Assembly: GCA_002269645.1 (NCBI GenBank)
Contig: NIVC01000889.1
Location: 124,001-188,000, forward strand
DNA length: 64,000 bases
Direction of reading: 5' to 3'
Source: Macrostomum lignano
Taxonomy: Eukaryota
Made by a program: the position numbers and the translations under genes. The notes beneath the pieces are model-generated. The model made no database searches, had not been told where the DNA came from, and was given only the letters and a program-made list of their open reading frames with translations. Shown here one piece after another: positions 26,201-36,690 of this stretch (within the stretch, counting starts at the first letter, position 1; each line of letters starts with the position of its first letter).

Positions 26201-29200
26201 GCACTACGGATCGTTTGGAGCCTCAAGCAGTTTCGCATGTACCTGAGCAACAGCAGCAAGATCCAGGTGTTCACCGACCGCAAGCCGATCATCGGACTGC
26301 TCAACGCGAAGGAGCCGACAGGTCGGCTAGCACGTTTGCTGCAGCCCATCCAAGAGTTTCCGCTGAAGATCCTGTATCGGCAGGGAAAGGAAAAGACCCG
26401 ATGCTCCAGTCTGATTTTCAAGTTCCGGCATCAGTGAACGCGGTGGTTCAGAAGCTGCTGCCCTGCCTGACGCTATCACCGGACAGTGCGCTGCTTCACA
26501 ATGGGATGCCAGTGATTCCCCAGCACATGCGAGCGAAACAGGCGCACAACCTGCCCAGCGTGGGTCACCTCGGGCAGCGTCGGGTGCTACAGGCTCTTCG
26601 AGCTCGCACCTGGTGGCCGGAGATGCGCGAGTACGTGCGTGATTGGTTGCAGAGCTGCCCGGTTTGCCAGCGGCGCAAGGGAGCACCGAAGCGAGCGCGG
26701 GCTGAGCTGCCGTGGAGGCCTTGGGCTGTTGCGCAGCTCGACATCCAGGGTCTTCTGTCAGTCATCCGAGTCGGGCTAGCGCTACATTCTCTGCTTCGTC
26801 GATACGTTTTCAAAGTTGATAGAGACTTCGCCATTCAGCCAAATCGACGCCAAGACAGCAGCCAAAACCCTGGTGACCAGCGTTGTACTGCAGCATGGTG
26901 TTCCCGAGGTCGTGCACTCCGACCAAGGTCGCCAGTTCGAGGTTCAAGCTTTTAAGCGCTCGGCGCAGAAAAGTCGCATCCCAGTGGCAACGGCAACGTC
27001 GATCAAGGTTCAACAGGACGTTGGGCAACATGCTTTCGGCCTTCTGCTGAGCTGGGAATCAGACCAGCTGGGACGCCTTGCTGCCCTGTGTCGTGTGGGC
27101 CTACAACAGCTCTGCACACAGCTCCACAGGCGAGTCACCATAGAAGTACTGCGAGGCTTGGAGCCCAGACTGCCGGTAAGCAGGACCAGCGCGACCTGGC
27201 GCAGGACTGCGCGGATCTGCAGCGAGAATCCGGGCGGGTCTTCCAGATGGTGTGAGTGCTCTACTAGCACGCTGCTCAGGTCACAGCACGAGTTCCACAA
27301 CCAAGGAGCTGAAACGATCGAGTTCAAGATCGGCGACCGATCGTGATGCTGACGCACCAGGCGATGAAGTGCGGACAGTGCAAGACGCTTTGGAACCAAT
27401 GGTCCGGTCCGTATACCATCGTCAGGAAGGTCGGCCCAGTGAACTACTAGCTGCAGGCTGTGAACGGCAGGCGCCGACTGCTGGCTCACAATAGCCGGAT
27501 GAAGCCGTTTATCGACCCACAAGGGCCGATCGGCGGGCCAACAACCGAGGCAGAACCTGTCAGGGAACTACAAAGCGCCGCGGGCACCGCAGTCCAACCG
27601 GTCAGGCCGGACGCCTGAGGGCAGCTGCGCGATCCCGTCGCGGCCGAAACTCAGCGTCGAAACCCAGCCGAAACCCAGTCGGTCAAGTAGGCAGCGCCGA
27701 CCGCCGGATTTTTACACGGCGACCTGGTGACGGACTGTTTGCTGAGGGTCGTACGTGAATCGTCTTCAAGGCTGAAGTCGCTTGACTGTAAATTTTCTCT
27801 TGCTTCTAGACCTTAGAAAAACTCATTCCGAATCTTTTCCGCTGCTCTTATCCCTTTCCTTTTTCCCCTTGTGATTGTCTGAGGTTTACGTGTGAGATTT
27901 GGCCTTTCTGCTTGTGTTTGTTATTTTATTCCTGTATTTGGTCACGTGCTATTTGTACGTGTGGCTCTGTACATTTCAACCTTTGCCAAATATCGATCAT
28001 AGTTACCAAATATATTTCGCTTACTTTGTCCTTCATTCTCGGCTCCTACACAATCTTAGTCGTGACCTTTCTGTGTACTTCAGTAAAAAAACTGCGCGTT
28101 GGATTCGCCAGAGAAAAACAGAGCGGACAAGCAGCACTGGAAAAGCCACTAATTTGCCGAGTAACACCCAGATCTTCAGTTGTTGGGCCAACCTCCAAGA
28201 TCTTCAGTTGTTGGGCCAACCTCCAAGATCCTCAGTTGCTGGGCCAGCCTCCAAGATCTTCAGTTGCTGGGCCAGCCTCCAAGATCTTCAGTTGCTGGGC
28301 CAGCCTCCCAGATCCTCAGTTGCTGGGCCAGCCTCCCAGATCCTCAGTTGCTGGGCCAGCCTCCCAGATCCTCAGTTGCTGGGCCAGCCTTCAAGATCTT
28401 CAGTTGCTGGGCCAGCCTCCCAGATCTTCAGTTGCTGGGCCAGCCTCCCAGATCGTCAGTTGCTGGGCCAGCCTCCCAGATCGTCAGTTGCTGGGCCAGC
28501 CTCCCAGATCGTCAGTTGCTGGGCCAGCCTCCCAGATCGTCAGTTGCTGGGCCAGCCTCCCAGATCGTCAGTTGCTGGGCCAGCCTCCCAGATCGTCAAT
28601 TGCTGGGCCAGCCTCCAAGATCTTCAGTTGCTGGGCCAGCCTCCCAGATCCTCAGTTGCTGGGCCAGCCTCCCAGATCCTCAGTTGCTGGGTCAGCCCCC
28701 CAGGTCCTCAGTTGCTGGACCAGCCTCCTGGTATTTTATACTTTCTTCATTTCTTGATTTTTGATGCTGGATGCATTACTCGTACTTAGACATGAGGTTT
28801 TCAGCCTTTCTATTCCTTATTACTATACTGACAAAATCTCATATTCTGAACTTTCGAATCGAAAGCGAAGCCAGCGCGCACTCTGTTCCAGGTTGATTCA
28901 CCAGCTTGTCCAGCTAATTTTCTAAATACGCTACCGGAGAAAGGCAAAAAAAGCAAATTTTCAAGAGAAATCCAATTTGTTTGCTTTGAGTCTTTTCTAG
29001 AATGATTTTTCTAAGTGAATTGTTCGTTGTGAACTTCCCCGCAGCCTCAGCCGTCGAGGTCGCTGGAAGGTCGTCTCAGTCTGCGGGCGCCGAGGCCAGC
29101 GACCCTGGCCAGACGCTCTGCCACTGCGCCCCGAGCCGCATGGCTCAGCAACGCTCGCTGCTGGCCCGCGCCCGGGTGTCAGCCAGCCGAATGTTCTCAA

Positions 29201-29517
29201 CCATCGTGCTGGCGTTCGTCCTGCTGTGGCTGCCCTACTGGATTCTGTACGCCACCGCCTGCGCCAACCGGCTGAGCGGCGGGCAGCACGAGGCGGCCAT
29301 GGATTTCATGTCGCACGGCATGTTCTTCTTCGGGATGTGCGTCAGCGCCGTCAACCCCGTCATCTACGGCGCCTACAGCAGGCGCGATGAAAGCACTCAT
29401 TGGCAGTGGGCTCGTCGGGACCCTCGAAGTCCACAGGAGCCTCAAATTCCTCTGGAGTCCCAGATGTTTCGCGAGCTTCAGGAACCTCAGGAGCCGCATG
29501 AGCTTATGGAGTCCTAA
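20224..29517 (+). CDS. Rhodopsin-class neuropeptide GPCR, GnRH/AKH/corazonin-receptor-like (~396 aa)
   Basis: Proposed exons: 20224-20241 (MDLVTG, CAAATGG start, GGG|GTGAGT donor; least certain); 20773-21246 (NDT glycosylation site, TM1-4: LNLIVADLMVT..AWMLSVEFHGGDALCRLFKF..SVPQ); 21627-21852 (LFLF..FHQCV, TM5 QFLLPATCMSVCY); 29045-29517 (ARARVSASRM, TM6 LWLPYW, TM7 NPVIYGAY). Phases are consistent. The SxPQ-LFxF, FxQCV, ARAR and NPxIYG signatures are typical of the GnRH-receptor superfamily. Confidence 0.88.
22782..28050 (+). mobile_element. Degenerate Ty3/Gypsy LTR retrotransposon in the long (7.2-kb) intron of the GnRHR-like gene
   Basis: Related LTR segments at ~22782-22879 plus ~23564-23633 (interrupted) and ~27878-28050, both ending ..GGCTCC(T)ACA. 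PBS TGGTGGCAGCG at 23635-23645, complementary to a tRNA-Leu 3' end. Gag zinc knuckles CFSCGQLRLRAAQC (degenerate) and CHKCSWRGHKASVC. RT remnant (SFGMCNAPATYQRMM; YxDD frameshifted), RNase H (LQLPDFS..ALGAVLSQ), integrase HHCC (WWPEMREYVRDWLQSCPVCQ) and core (VHSDQGRQFE), in RT-RH-IN order, with many stops and frameshifts and no protease DTG motif found. Confidence 0.92.
22880..23563. mobile_element. Unclassified ~680-bp insertion splitting the 5' LTR, with an internal degenerate 18-bp repeat (CTATCTGGGGGATACTTG)
   Basis: LTR homology stops at ..AACCTCTGCC (~22879) and resumes around TGCCATATC..CCAAATAT (~23564-23597). The intervening sequence is absent from the 3' LTR. Confidence 0.55.
28170..28728 (+). 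repeat. 28-bp minisatellite (CAGTTGCTGGGCCAGCCTCCCAGATCCT)n upstream of the last GPCR exon
   Basis: Direct reading; reverse complement of the 29897-30503 array. Confidence 0.95.
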
Positions 29518-29896
29518 TGCGACTCAGGTTCCTTAGGAGCTTTAGCAACTTTAGGAGTCTCAAGGCTTCTCGTGTAACACAGAAGCCGCAGAAGCTTCAG
29601 GAGTCCTGAAGCGACTCAGAACATCAGTAACCTCATGAAACTTCATGAGTCATCGAGATTTAATGTATGAAAATCGATGTTGGAAGCTTGAGCTCGACGC
29701 TAGAGCTTTTGGTGTGTTTATACGTCTCCTCATGTTTTAAAAAACAATTTGATTGTCAGTGAGTGCTCGTGCAGACAGAACTGTCACAGTACATTGTTTT
29801 TGTAAGTTCAAATGTAGTTTTGTATTATTACATAGTTTTCTGTTTAAATTGCTTTTCAAGCATACTCTACAATGATGATGAGCATTTATTGAAGAT

Positions 29897-30503
29897 GGAT
29901 CTGGGAGGCGGTCCAGCAACTGAGGATCTGGGAGGCTGGCACAGAAACTGAAGATCTGGGAAGCTGGCACAGCAACTGAGGATCTGGGAGGCTGGTCCAG
30001 CAACTGAGGATTTGGAAGGCTGGTCCAGCAACTGAGGATCTGGGAGGCTGGCACAGCTGCTGGGATCTGGGAGGCTGGCCCAGCAATTGAGGATCTGGGA
30101 GGCTGGCCCAGCAAATGACACTCTGGGTGGCTGGCACAGCAACTGAGGATCTGGGAGGCTGGCCCAGCAAATGACACTCTGGGAGGCTGGCACAGCTGCT
30201 GGGATCTGGGAGGCTGGCCCAGCAATTGAGGATCTGGGAGGCTGGCCCAGCAATTGAGCATCTGGGAGGCTGGCCCAGCAATTGAGCATCTGGGAGGCTG
30301 GCCCAGCAAATGACACTCTGGGAGGCTGGCACAGCTGCTGGGATCTGGGAGGCTGGCCCAGCAATTGAGGATCTGGGAGGCTGGCCCAGCAATTGAGCAT
30401 CTGGGAGGCTGGCCCAGCAAATGACACTCTGGGTGGCTGGCACAGCAACTGAGGATCTGGGAGGCTGGCACAGCAATTGAGGATCTGGGAGGCTGGCCCA
30501 GCG
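29897..30503 (-). repeat. Same 28-bp minisatellite family in inverted orientation, downstream of the GPCR stop codon
   Basis: The plus-strand unit AGGATCTGGGAGGCTGGCCCAGCAACTG is the reverse complement of the 28170-28728 unit. Confidence 0.95.
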
Positions 30504-30884
30504 GCTGGGGATATGCAAGGTGACAGAAAGTAATGAAAATATAATACGAGCTTTATTCTTCTTTTGCTTGACAAAGGATCTGTTGATGAGTTAATTTGAG
30601 TGGCCTATAGTTATTTTGAATCTTACAACTGTCAGTTATTCCGTCTATTGAACAGATCTGATGGCAGATTCGGGGATCAATTCGAGAGATTACCGACTCT
30701 CCTTTGCCTGAAGCAGTCCGTCCGTGAATTTCAAGCAGCTTGCAGTCCAACATCGTGTCGGGTAGATCAAAAGCAGGCAAAATAATTTTTCGAAATAACA
30801 CCAAAGAGATTCAATTTCTTTTCGAAAGAGGAGTAAATTTCTTTAACGAAGCGTGCAGATGCTTTTTTCCCAGGTGGGAATTTA

Positions 30885-31090
30885 AGCCAAGCCCAGCGGT
30901 GAACGCGTCTGGCTCTCGCTTCACGACACCTGGTTCGATTCCGTGCGCTTCCATTTGAGGCTTGTGCACGGAAATTGGATGGGGTTTGACGTGCGATTCA
31001 CGCGCCAATGAGGGCCACCCCCAAGGCACCGGGAGTGTACATTCCTGACGATCAGAACGTCAGGGCCGTTGTGCACCCTGTGGGAGACTT
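30885..31090 (+). mobile_element. Candidate tRNA-headed SINE or tRNA pseudogene (3' limit uncertain)
   Basis: A-box-like AAGCCCAGCGGT (~30889-30900) and a perfect B box GGTTCGATTCC (30932-30942) at tRNA-like spacing. The cloverleaf stems do not pair well, so this is not a functional tRNA. Confidence 0.45.
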
Positions 31091-31605
31091 TATTTGCAAG
31101 AGTCTTGCTCAAGATTTCGTCTTGAAGGTCATACAGACTTCTTGTCCCACCCAAGCCTCAGGTCCATGAGCCTTACCTGTACACTATGCTGGATTTCCCT
31201 TTCTCGAACTCTTCAAACTGAGTCAGGTGTTCAATCATCAAAATACACATATTCGAGCTCGAGTTAACTACGTAGGTAACACTGTAAAATTTTGTCAGGT
31301 ATATAAACTCAGTAATACAAGAATTAGCTGATCCTATTATATCTCGGTTGACTTTTGCATATCCTTGCTACTGCAAGTAAAATACATGCATATAGCTAAA
31401 TGTATATCTGTGCTTCACCTGAAAATCTGGGAACCCTTTTTGGGACTTTTTGTATCTTAGAAATCCTTCGATGGCAGCAATCCTTCAGCGGACCTGCAAG
31501 CATTAGTCTATGGCAATAACTTATTTAATATTTATATTATCCATTGCATCATATGGGCTTTAGCCTAGGAGTATTTTTAGAAAAAGTCGTCTGGAGAGCA
31601 ATACG

Positions 31606-32238
31606 GCCTCTAGTGCTGGCGCCTCTGGTGCTGGCGCCTCTGGTGCTGGCGCCTCTGGTGCTGGCGCCTCTGGTGCTGGCGCCTCTGGTGCTGGCGCCTC
31701 TGGTGCTGGCGCCTCTGGTGCTGGCGCCTCTGGTGCTGGCGCCTCTGGTGCTGGCGCCTCTGGTGCTGGCGCCTCTGGTGCTGGCGCCTCTGGTGCTGGC
31801 GCCTCTGGTGCTGGCGCCTCTGGTGCTGGCGCCTCTGGTGCTGGCGCCTCTGGTGCTGGCGCCTCTGGTGCTGGCGCCTCTGGTGCTGGCGCCTCTGGTG
31901 CTGGCGCCTCTGGTGCTGGCGCCTCTGGTGCTGGCGCCTCTGGTGCTGGCGCCTCTGGTGCTGGCGCCTCTGGTGCTGGCGCCTCTGGTGCTGGCGCCTC
32001 TGGTGCTGGCGCCTCTGGTGCTGGCGCCTCTGGTGCTGGCGCCTCTGGTGCTGGCGCCTCTGGTGCTGGCGCCTCTGGTGCTGGCGCCTCTGGTGCTGGC
32101 GCCTCTGGTGCTGGCGCCTCTGGTGCTGGCGCCTCTGGTGCTGGCGCCTCTGGTGCTGGCGCCTCTGGTGCTGGCGCCTCTGGTGCTGGCGCCTCTGGTG
32201 CTGGCGCCTCTGGTGCTGGCGCCTCTGGTGCTGGCGCC
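31606..32238. repeat. Near-perfect 15-bp minisatellite (GCCTCTGGTGCTGGC)n, about 42 units
   Basis: Direct reading; same unit and orientation as 15246-15656, with unrelated flanks. Confidence 0.97.
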
Positions 32239-32970
32239 GTATGAAGCTTAACCTCTGTGCCGCATGAAGTTAGTCGAAGGGTAAATCTGTTGCAGTTTGA
32301 ATATTCTGAAGAAAGTTTGCTAAATTGAAATTCTTGATTTAGAATACAACAGCTAAATACGATCGAGTATACTGCTTCTTAATATCCCATTGAAGATGGA
32401 GTGCCATATTCAATTCTGGAAACATTGGATCTAGGTAGGCACATGAACCTCGCTTTGCATGACGCAGTTGGAGGGTCAGGGTCTGGTGAAGGTTAGTTTG
32501 ACAAAAATTATCGAGTTAATTTATCTGAAAATCGATAAGTCTGCCAGCATCGTGAACTTTAATTGAGTCTTGTTACAGCCTGAACGTTAGCACAAGCATA
32601 ATTTGGCAAACAATTATCTTCGCTAGTAGGGCTGGATGGGTGCTGAGTCAGCCAGGTCATAAAATTCATATCGCTGCCCTGATTTCGCACGTAGAATTGG
32701 GGGGTGCCTGGGTTTTTGATATTTCAGTCGGCGCTACGACCGAGGGAGGGCTTTGATCACGTAATGACACGCCTCACCCAGCCGCGGCGCCCTAATGGCG
32801 ATGCACTTTAACTCTCGGTCTCTGGAATTCAATCGGAGCCATACAGCCCCGCAGTCTGCACGCACCTCGGAATGCACAACAGCTTTGAGACGCAATCAGG
32901 CTGATTATATCATGCTTGCAGATCATAGCGCCAGGTGCGAGAAACTCTCAACATAGTGTAGTCCCGCGTG

Positions 32971-32981
32971 CAGCCAATCAG
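32971..32981 (+). promoter_or_regulatory. CCAAT box upstream of the CCCH zinc-finger gene
   Basis: CAGCCAATCAG in a GC-rich stretch about 260 bp before the ATG at 33232. Confidence 0.4.
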
Positions 32982-33231
32982 AATTGAGCTGGCTGATTCA
33001 GGACCCCCGCTGTGCCGTGAGCCGATTAGATCACCGTGATTTACCTGGCCTCTCCTCAGGTGGGGTGGGTTGGCTCATTTTGGCTATAAAAATAACTGAA
33101 TTTTTGCAGTCGCGTTCTACTCTTAACAATTTCTACACAGATTGCAGAGGCCATCTTCACTGATATTCCGGTTGCCCCAGAGTTGCTCTCTTCTCTCTCT
33201 CTATCTCTCGCTCTCGCAGAGTTTATTCCCA

Positions 33232-33612
33232 ATGGAGCTTCAACAGCAGGTGCATCAGCCGCAGGTGTCCGACTTTGCCGAGCTGCCACCGTCTGGGTCG
33301 CCACCGAGCTGTCTCAACTCTGCTGCCTACAGCTCGGCTGCCGTGCCTCTGTTGCAATTCTCGCCGCCCCAGCAGCAGCCACCGGTCCTCTACTACCCAT
33401 CAAATGACGCCGTGTACCCACCTGCCGCACCTATTCCTGGCCAGGCCGCCGCTGTGTTGCCGCATCCGTACCTGCAGCCAGCCGAGGTCTATCAGCAACA
33501 GCAGCAGTACTACTACCGCCATGCCACCGCCCACCGTCCGTCTCCGGACGAGCTCGGCTCTGCTGCCAAGTTCTCGCCGCCTCCGCCGACCTCTCTGTGC
33601 TTCGCCTACTCT

Positions 33613-33644
<32 letters not shown>

Positions 33645-34566
33645 TCCGCCAGCCTGCTGCTGCGCCCAGCTGCACTACCAGCAGCAGCAGCCCTGCTGCT
33701 CTCCCGGCCTGCAGCAGCAGCAGGCGGTCCTGTTCCAGTGCCCCGCTCCGCCGTCTGCGTTCCATCCGCTGCCAGCGTCCGCCGCTCCGGTGCCAGCCCT
33801 GCTGACTGCGCCGCCAGTGCAGCAGCCACCCGTTGTGCCATCGAATCCGCCGAACGATCTGCTTGTCGCCGCCTCCTGGACTGCACGTCGGCAGCAGCAG
33901 CAGCAACTGGCGAAGCCGTCGCAACATCAGCGCCGCAGAAACGGCTACATGCACAACATTCTGTACAAGACTGAGCTCTGCCGGGACATCCAAGACCGCG
34001 GAGCCTGCCCTCGCGGCCGCGCCTGTCAGTTTGCTCACTCTCCTGTCGAGCTGCACGACCCTCGACTGCATCCGCTGTACAAAACTGCCGCTTGTCACGA
34101 CTTCAAGTTCCGAGGCCAGTGTCCGCGCGGCGACCAGTGCTTCCACGTGCACGAGGCGCCCAACGCTCCGCAGCAGCAGCCGCCGCCTCCGTCGCAGCCA
34201 CAAACGACTCCGCAACCACCAAAGTCTCTCTCGGAGGAGACTCCAAAGGCGACAGTTGAGGCCTCTCCACCAGCGCGACCGTCCACCAGCCGCGGCGCCT
34301 CTGGAAGCCGCGGGCGACGTCGCCGAAGCCCTCCTGCCGCTGCTACGGGCCAGCAGCCGTCGAACGAGTTCAGCAACCGGCGCTTTGCTCGCCACTCTGA
34401 CGGTGGTCGCGGAGGCGGCGGCGGCAAGTCCTCTTACCACCACCTGCTCAAGAAGCTGGCTGGAGCCTCCACGTCCACTGCCGCAGTGGACAGCATGGAA
34501 GCTGCGATGAAGCGCCTGCACCTGGGCAGCGAGGTCGGCGCTGTCACCTGTGCCGTGGTTTCTTGA
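33232..34566 (+). CDS. TIS11/ZFP36(TTP)-type tandem CCCH zinc-finger RNA-binding protein (444 aa, CDS intronless)
   Basis: YKTEL-C-x8-C-x5-C-x3-H-x18-C-x8-C-x5-C-x3-H (YKTELCRDIQDRGACPRGRACQFAH..YKTAACHDFKFRGQCPRGDQCFHVH), flanked by Pro/Gln-rich low-complexity sequence. First in-frame ATG at 33232, preceded by an acceptor-like CTCTCGCAG; U-rich 3' region with AATAAA near 34779. Confidence 0.92.
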
Positions 34567-35355
34567 TTCATTTTGTTAGCTTCATTTTTTTTGCATGCAA
34601 CCTGTTTAAGGATTTTCGTTTTTGGAGATTTATTGTTTTTGCCTTCGGTGGCGTTTCTGAAAACTTGTTCTGGTTTTGTTTAATCAAAATACTTCCATAC
34701 CGTTAAATAGCAATCTAGGTCTTGTTATCGCTGGCAAACTTCTGCTTGCATGCTTTTTTCGTTGGTTCTTCTTTGTAAATAAATAAACTTTGTTCGATTG
34801 AACCGGAATTGAACAGTTTTTTGCTTTTCAGGAAAAGGTTTCTTGTTTCTTGGTTTCCTTATCCAGCCGGTCCTTTGTGACCGGATTCGTGAGCTTTCTG
34901 AGTAACTAGAAAAAACTTTAACAAATACTTAACTACTTGGACTATACTTATAAACGCAAACTGAAACTCTTTGATCCTTCGGCCTCTCAAAGCTCTGCTC
35001 AAACTGCAGTCAACTGCGCATTTCCTTTGAGACATGCCGACATGCACAAACGCTTTATTCAGCTGAACAGTTTCTTTCAAAATCCCATTTGTGGAGGCCG
35101 GGAACCAGGATTACCTGACAAACACTCGTAAAAAGGGATAAAAGGTGAAAATGTCTTCCAGTTTTTCAGCTCTCCGCATAACAAAGCTACAGAGTATTTG
35201 TGATCAGGTCACTTAGTTTGCTACTCTGAACTCAGTGCGAATTCCCTGTCGCTTTTTCTTCATATCATATTCGACCATTTATTCGAAATTTTTCAAAGGT
35301 GCATTCGTCAGTTCAGTGTAGCATTTCTGTAACCGTAGGAAGGAATACCTGAAAT

Positions 35356-35715
35356 ATGAAACCTGGCCTGCGCTGCGCACCTCTGCTGCTCTTGCTGCTC
35401 ACTGTGCTCAGCCCCTCGGCCGACTGCTCGACTGTCCGCGCAGCCAACGCAACTTTGAGCGAGCAAGCGTTCAGCACGTGCAAGATAATCTGGCTGGAGA
35501 GCTACCAGTTCCTGCTCAGCTTGGAGCAGATGCAGATCGCGTCGCAAAAGACTCTGCTGCACCGGCGACTCTCAGCTGCCAGAGCTGCTAACCGAGCCAT
35601 ACAACTGCTGGCGCGGCTGCAGAAGGCCATTCAGGACCTGCAGCTGACCGACACCACAGTTAGTCAGTGCGGCGGGGTCTGACTTCTGAGCAACCTGCAG
35701 TACAAGCTGAACTGA
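35356..35715 (+). CDS. Small orphan secreted protein (~105 aa; probable 42-nt intron at 35659-35700)
   Basis: Signal peptide MKPGLRCAPLLLLLLTVLSPSADC, an NAT glycosylation site, a helical-looking body and CTG/CAG-rich codons like the other genes. The GTTAGT..TCTGAC..CTGCAG intron joins DTT to YKLN-stop. Confidence 0.65.
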
Positions 35716-36094
35716 TGATATTGCTGCTGCACTCGCCCAAGTTGGCGCTATATTGAAATAGACGACTTAAATAGCGCCAAAAGCTCCAAGGTTTCGGCAT
35801 AAATATCTTGACTTCAAACCAACGCTTATTGTCTTGTGTTCGGGGAAGCCTTCATTATTTAATTGGTTCTCAGCTCTTTTAGTAGCTCATATTAGTATTG
35901 AAAGAAGGATCTAACTCTTCAAAGCTAAGTCAATTTGTTAGAAACTTCCACTTCTCTTTGTAATACCATTGTGAGATAGGGGAACTTGTCTGTTTTTGGG
36001 GTCGTAAATTGGCTATTTCTAACCATCTGGCCTCCTGAATCCTGATCTTGAAGTTTGCCTTATTCGCCTTGCTTTCAATCAAGGAATGCTATTA

Positions 36095-36690
36095 GAGATA
36101 AGGAAATTAGAGATTGAAGATAAGATATTGGAGAGTAGAAATTAAAAACTAGAGATTAGAGATTACAGATTGAAGATTATAAATTGGAGATTGGAGATTA
36201 GTGATTGGAGACTGAAAATTTGAGATTTGAGATTTGAAATTAGAGCTTAAAGTTTGGGGTTTAGAGATTAGACCTTGCAGATTGGACATTAGAGATTGGA
36301 GATTGGAGATCAGAGATAGGAGATTAGAGATTGCATATTGGAGAGTACAGATTGGAGAGTACACATTAGGGATTAGAGCTTAGAGATAGAAGATTAGGGA
36401 TTAGAGCTTAGAGATAGAAGATTAGGGATTAGAGCTTAGAGATTGAAGATTAGGGATTGAATATTAGAGATTAGAGCTTTGGAGATTAGAGATTATAGTT
36501 AGGAGATTAGATATTGTACATTGGAGAGTAGAGATTCAGGATTAGAGATTAGAGATTAAGGATAGGATATTAGATATATGAGATTTGAGATAGGAGATCA
36601 GAGTTTGTATATCGGAGAGTAGAGGTTGTAGAGTGGAGATTAGATGTCAGGGGATTGGAGATTAGAGATTGAATATTTGATATTACAGAT
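36095..36690. repeat. Degenerate purine-rich short-unit repeat (GAGATTA/GGATTA-like)
   Basis: Direct reading. Confidence 0.8.

Noticed and set aside
26215-27522. Gypsy pol ORF pieces as host genes or an active element
   Set aside because: There are multiple stops and frameshifts, a broken YxDD, a missing protease motif and diverged LTRs; this is a dead copy.
15185-32251. EAPAP/LVLAP/RRQHQ repeat ORFs at 15185-15727 and 31544-32251
   Set aside because: These are products of a stop-free 15-bp unit; several frames on both strands are open, with no codon-position bias.
35680-35790. In-frame TGA as selenocysteine, with the downstream hairpin as a SECIS
   Set aside because: The TGA falls inside a well-formed 42-nt intron (GTTAGT, CTGAC branch point, CTGCAG), and the hairpin lacks the AUGA/GA quartet, 11-13-bp upper stem and AAR loop geometry.
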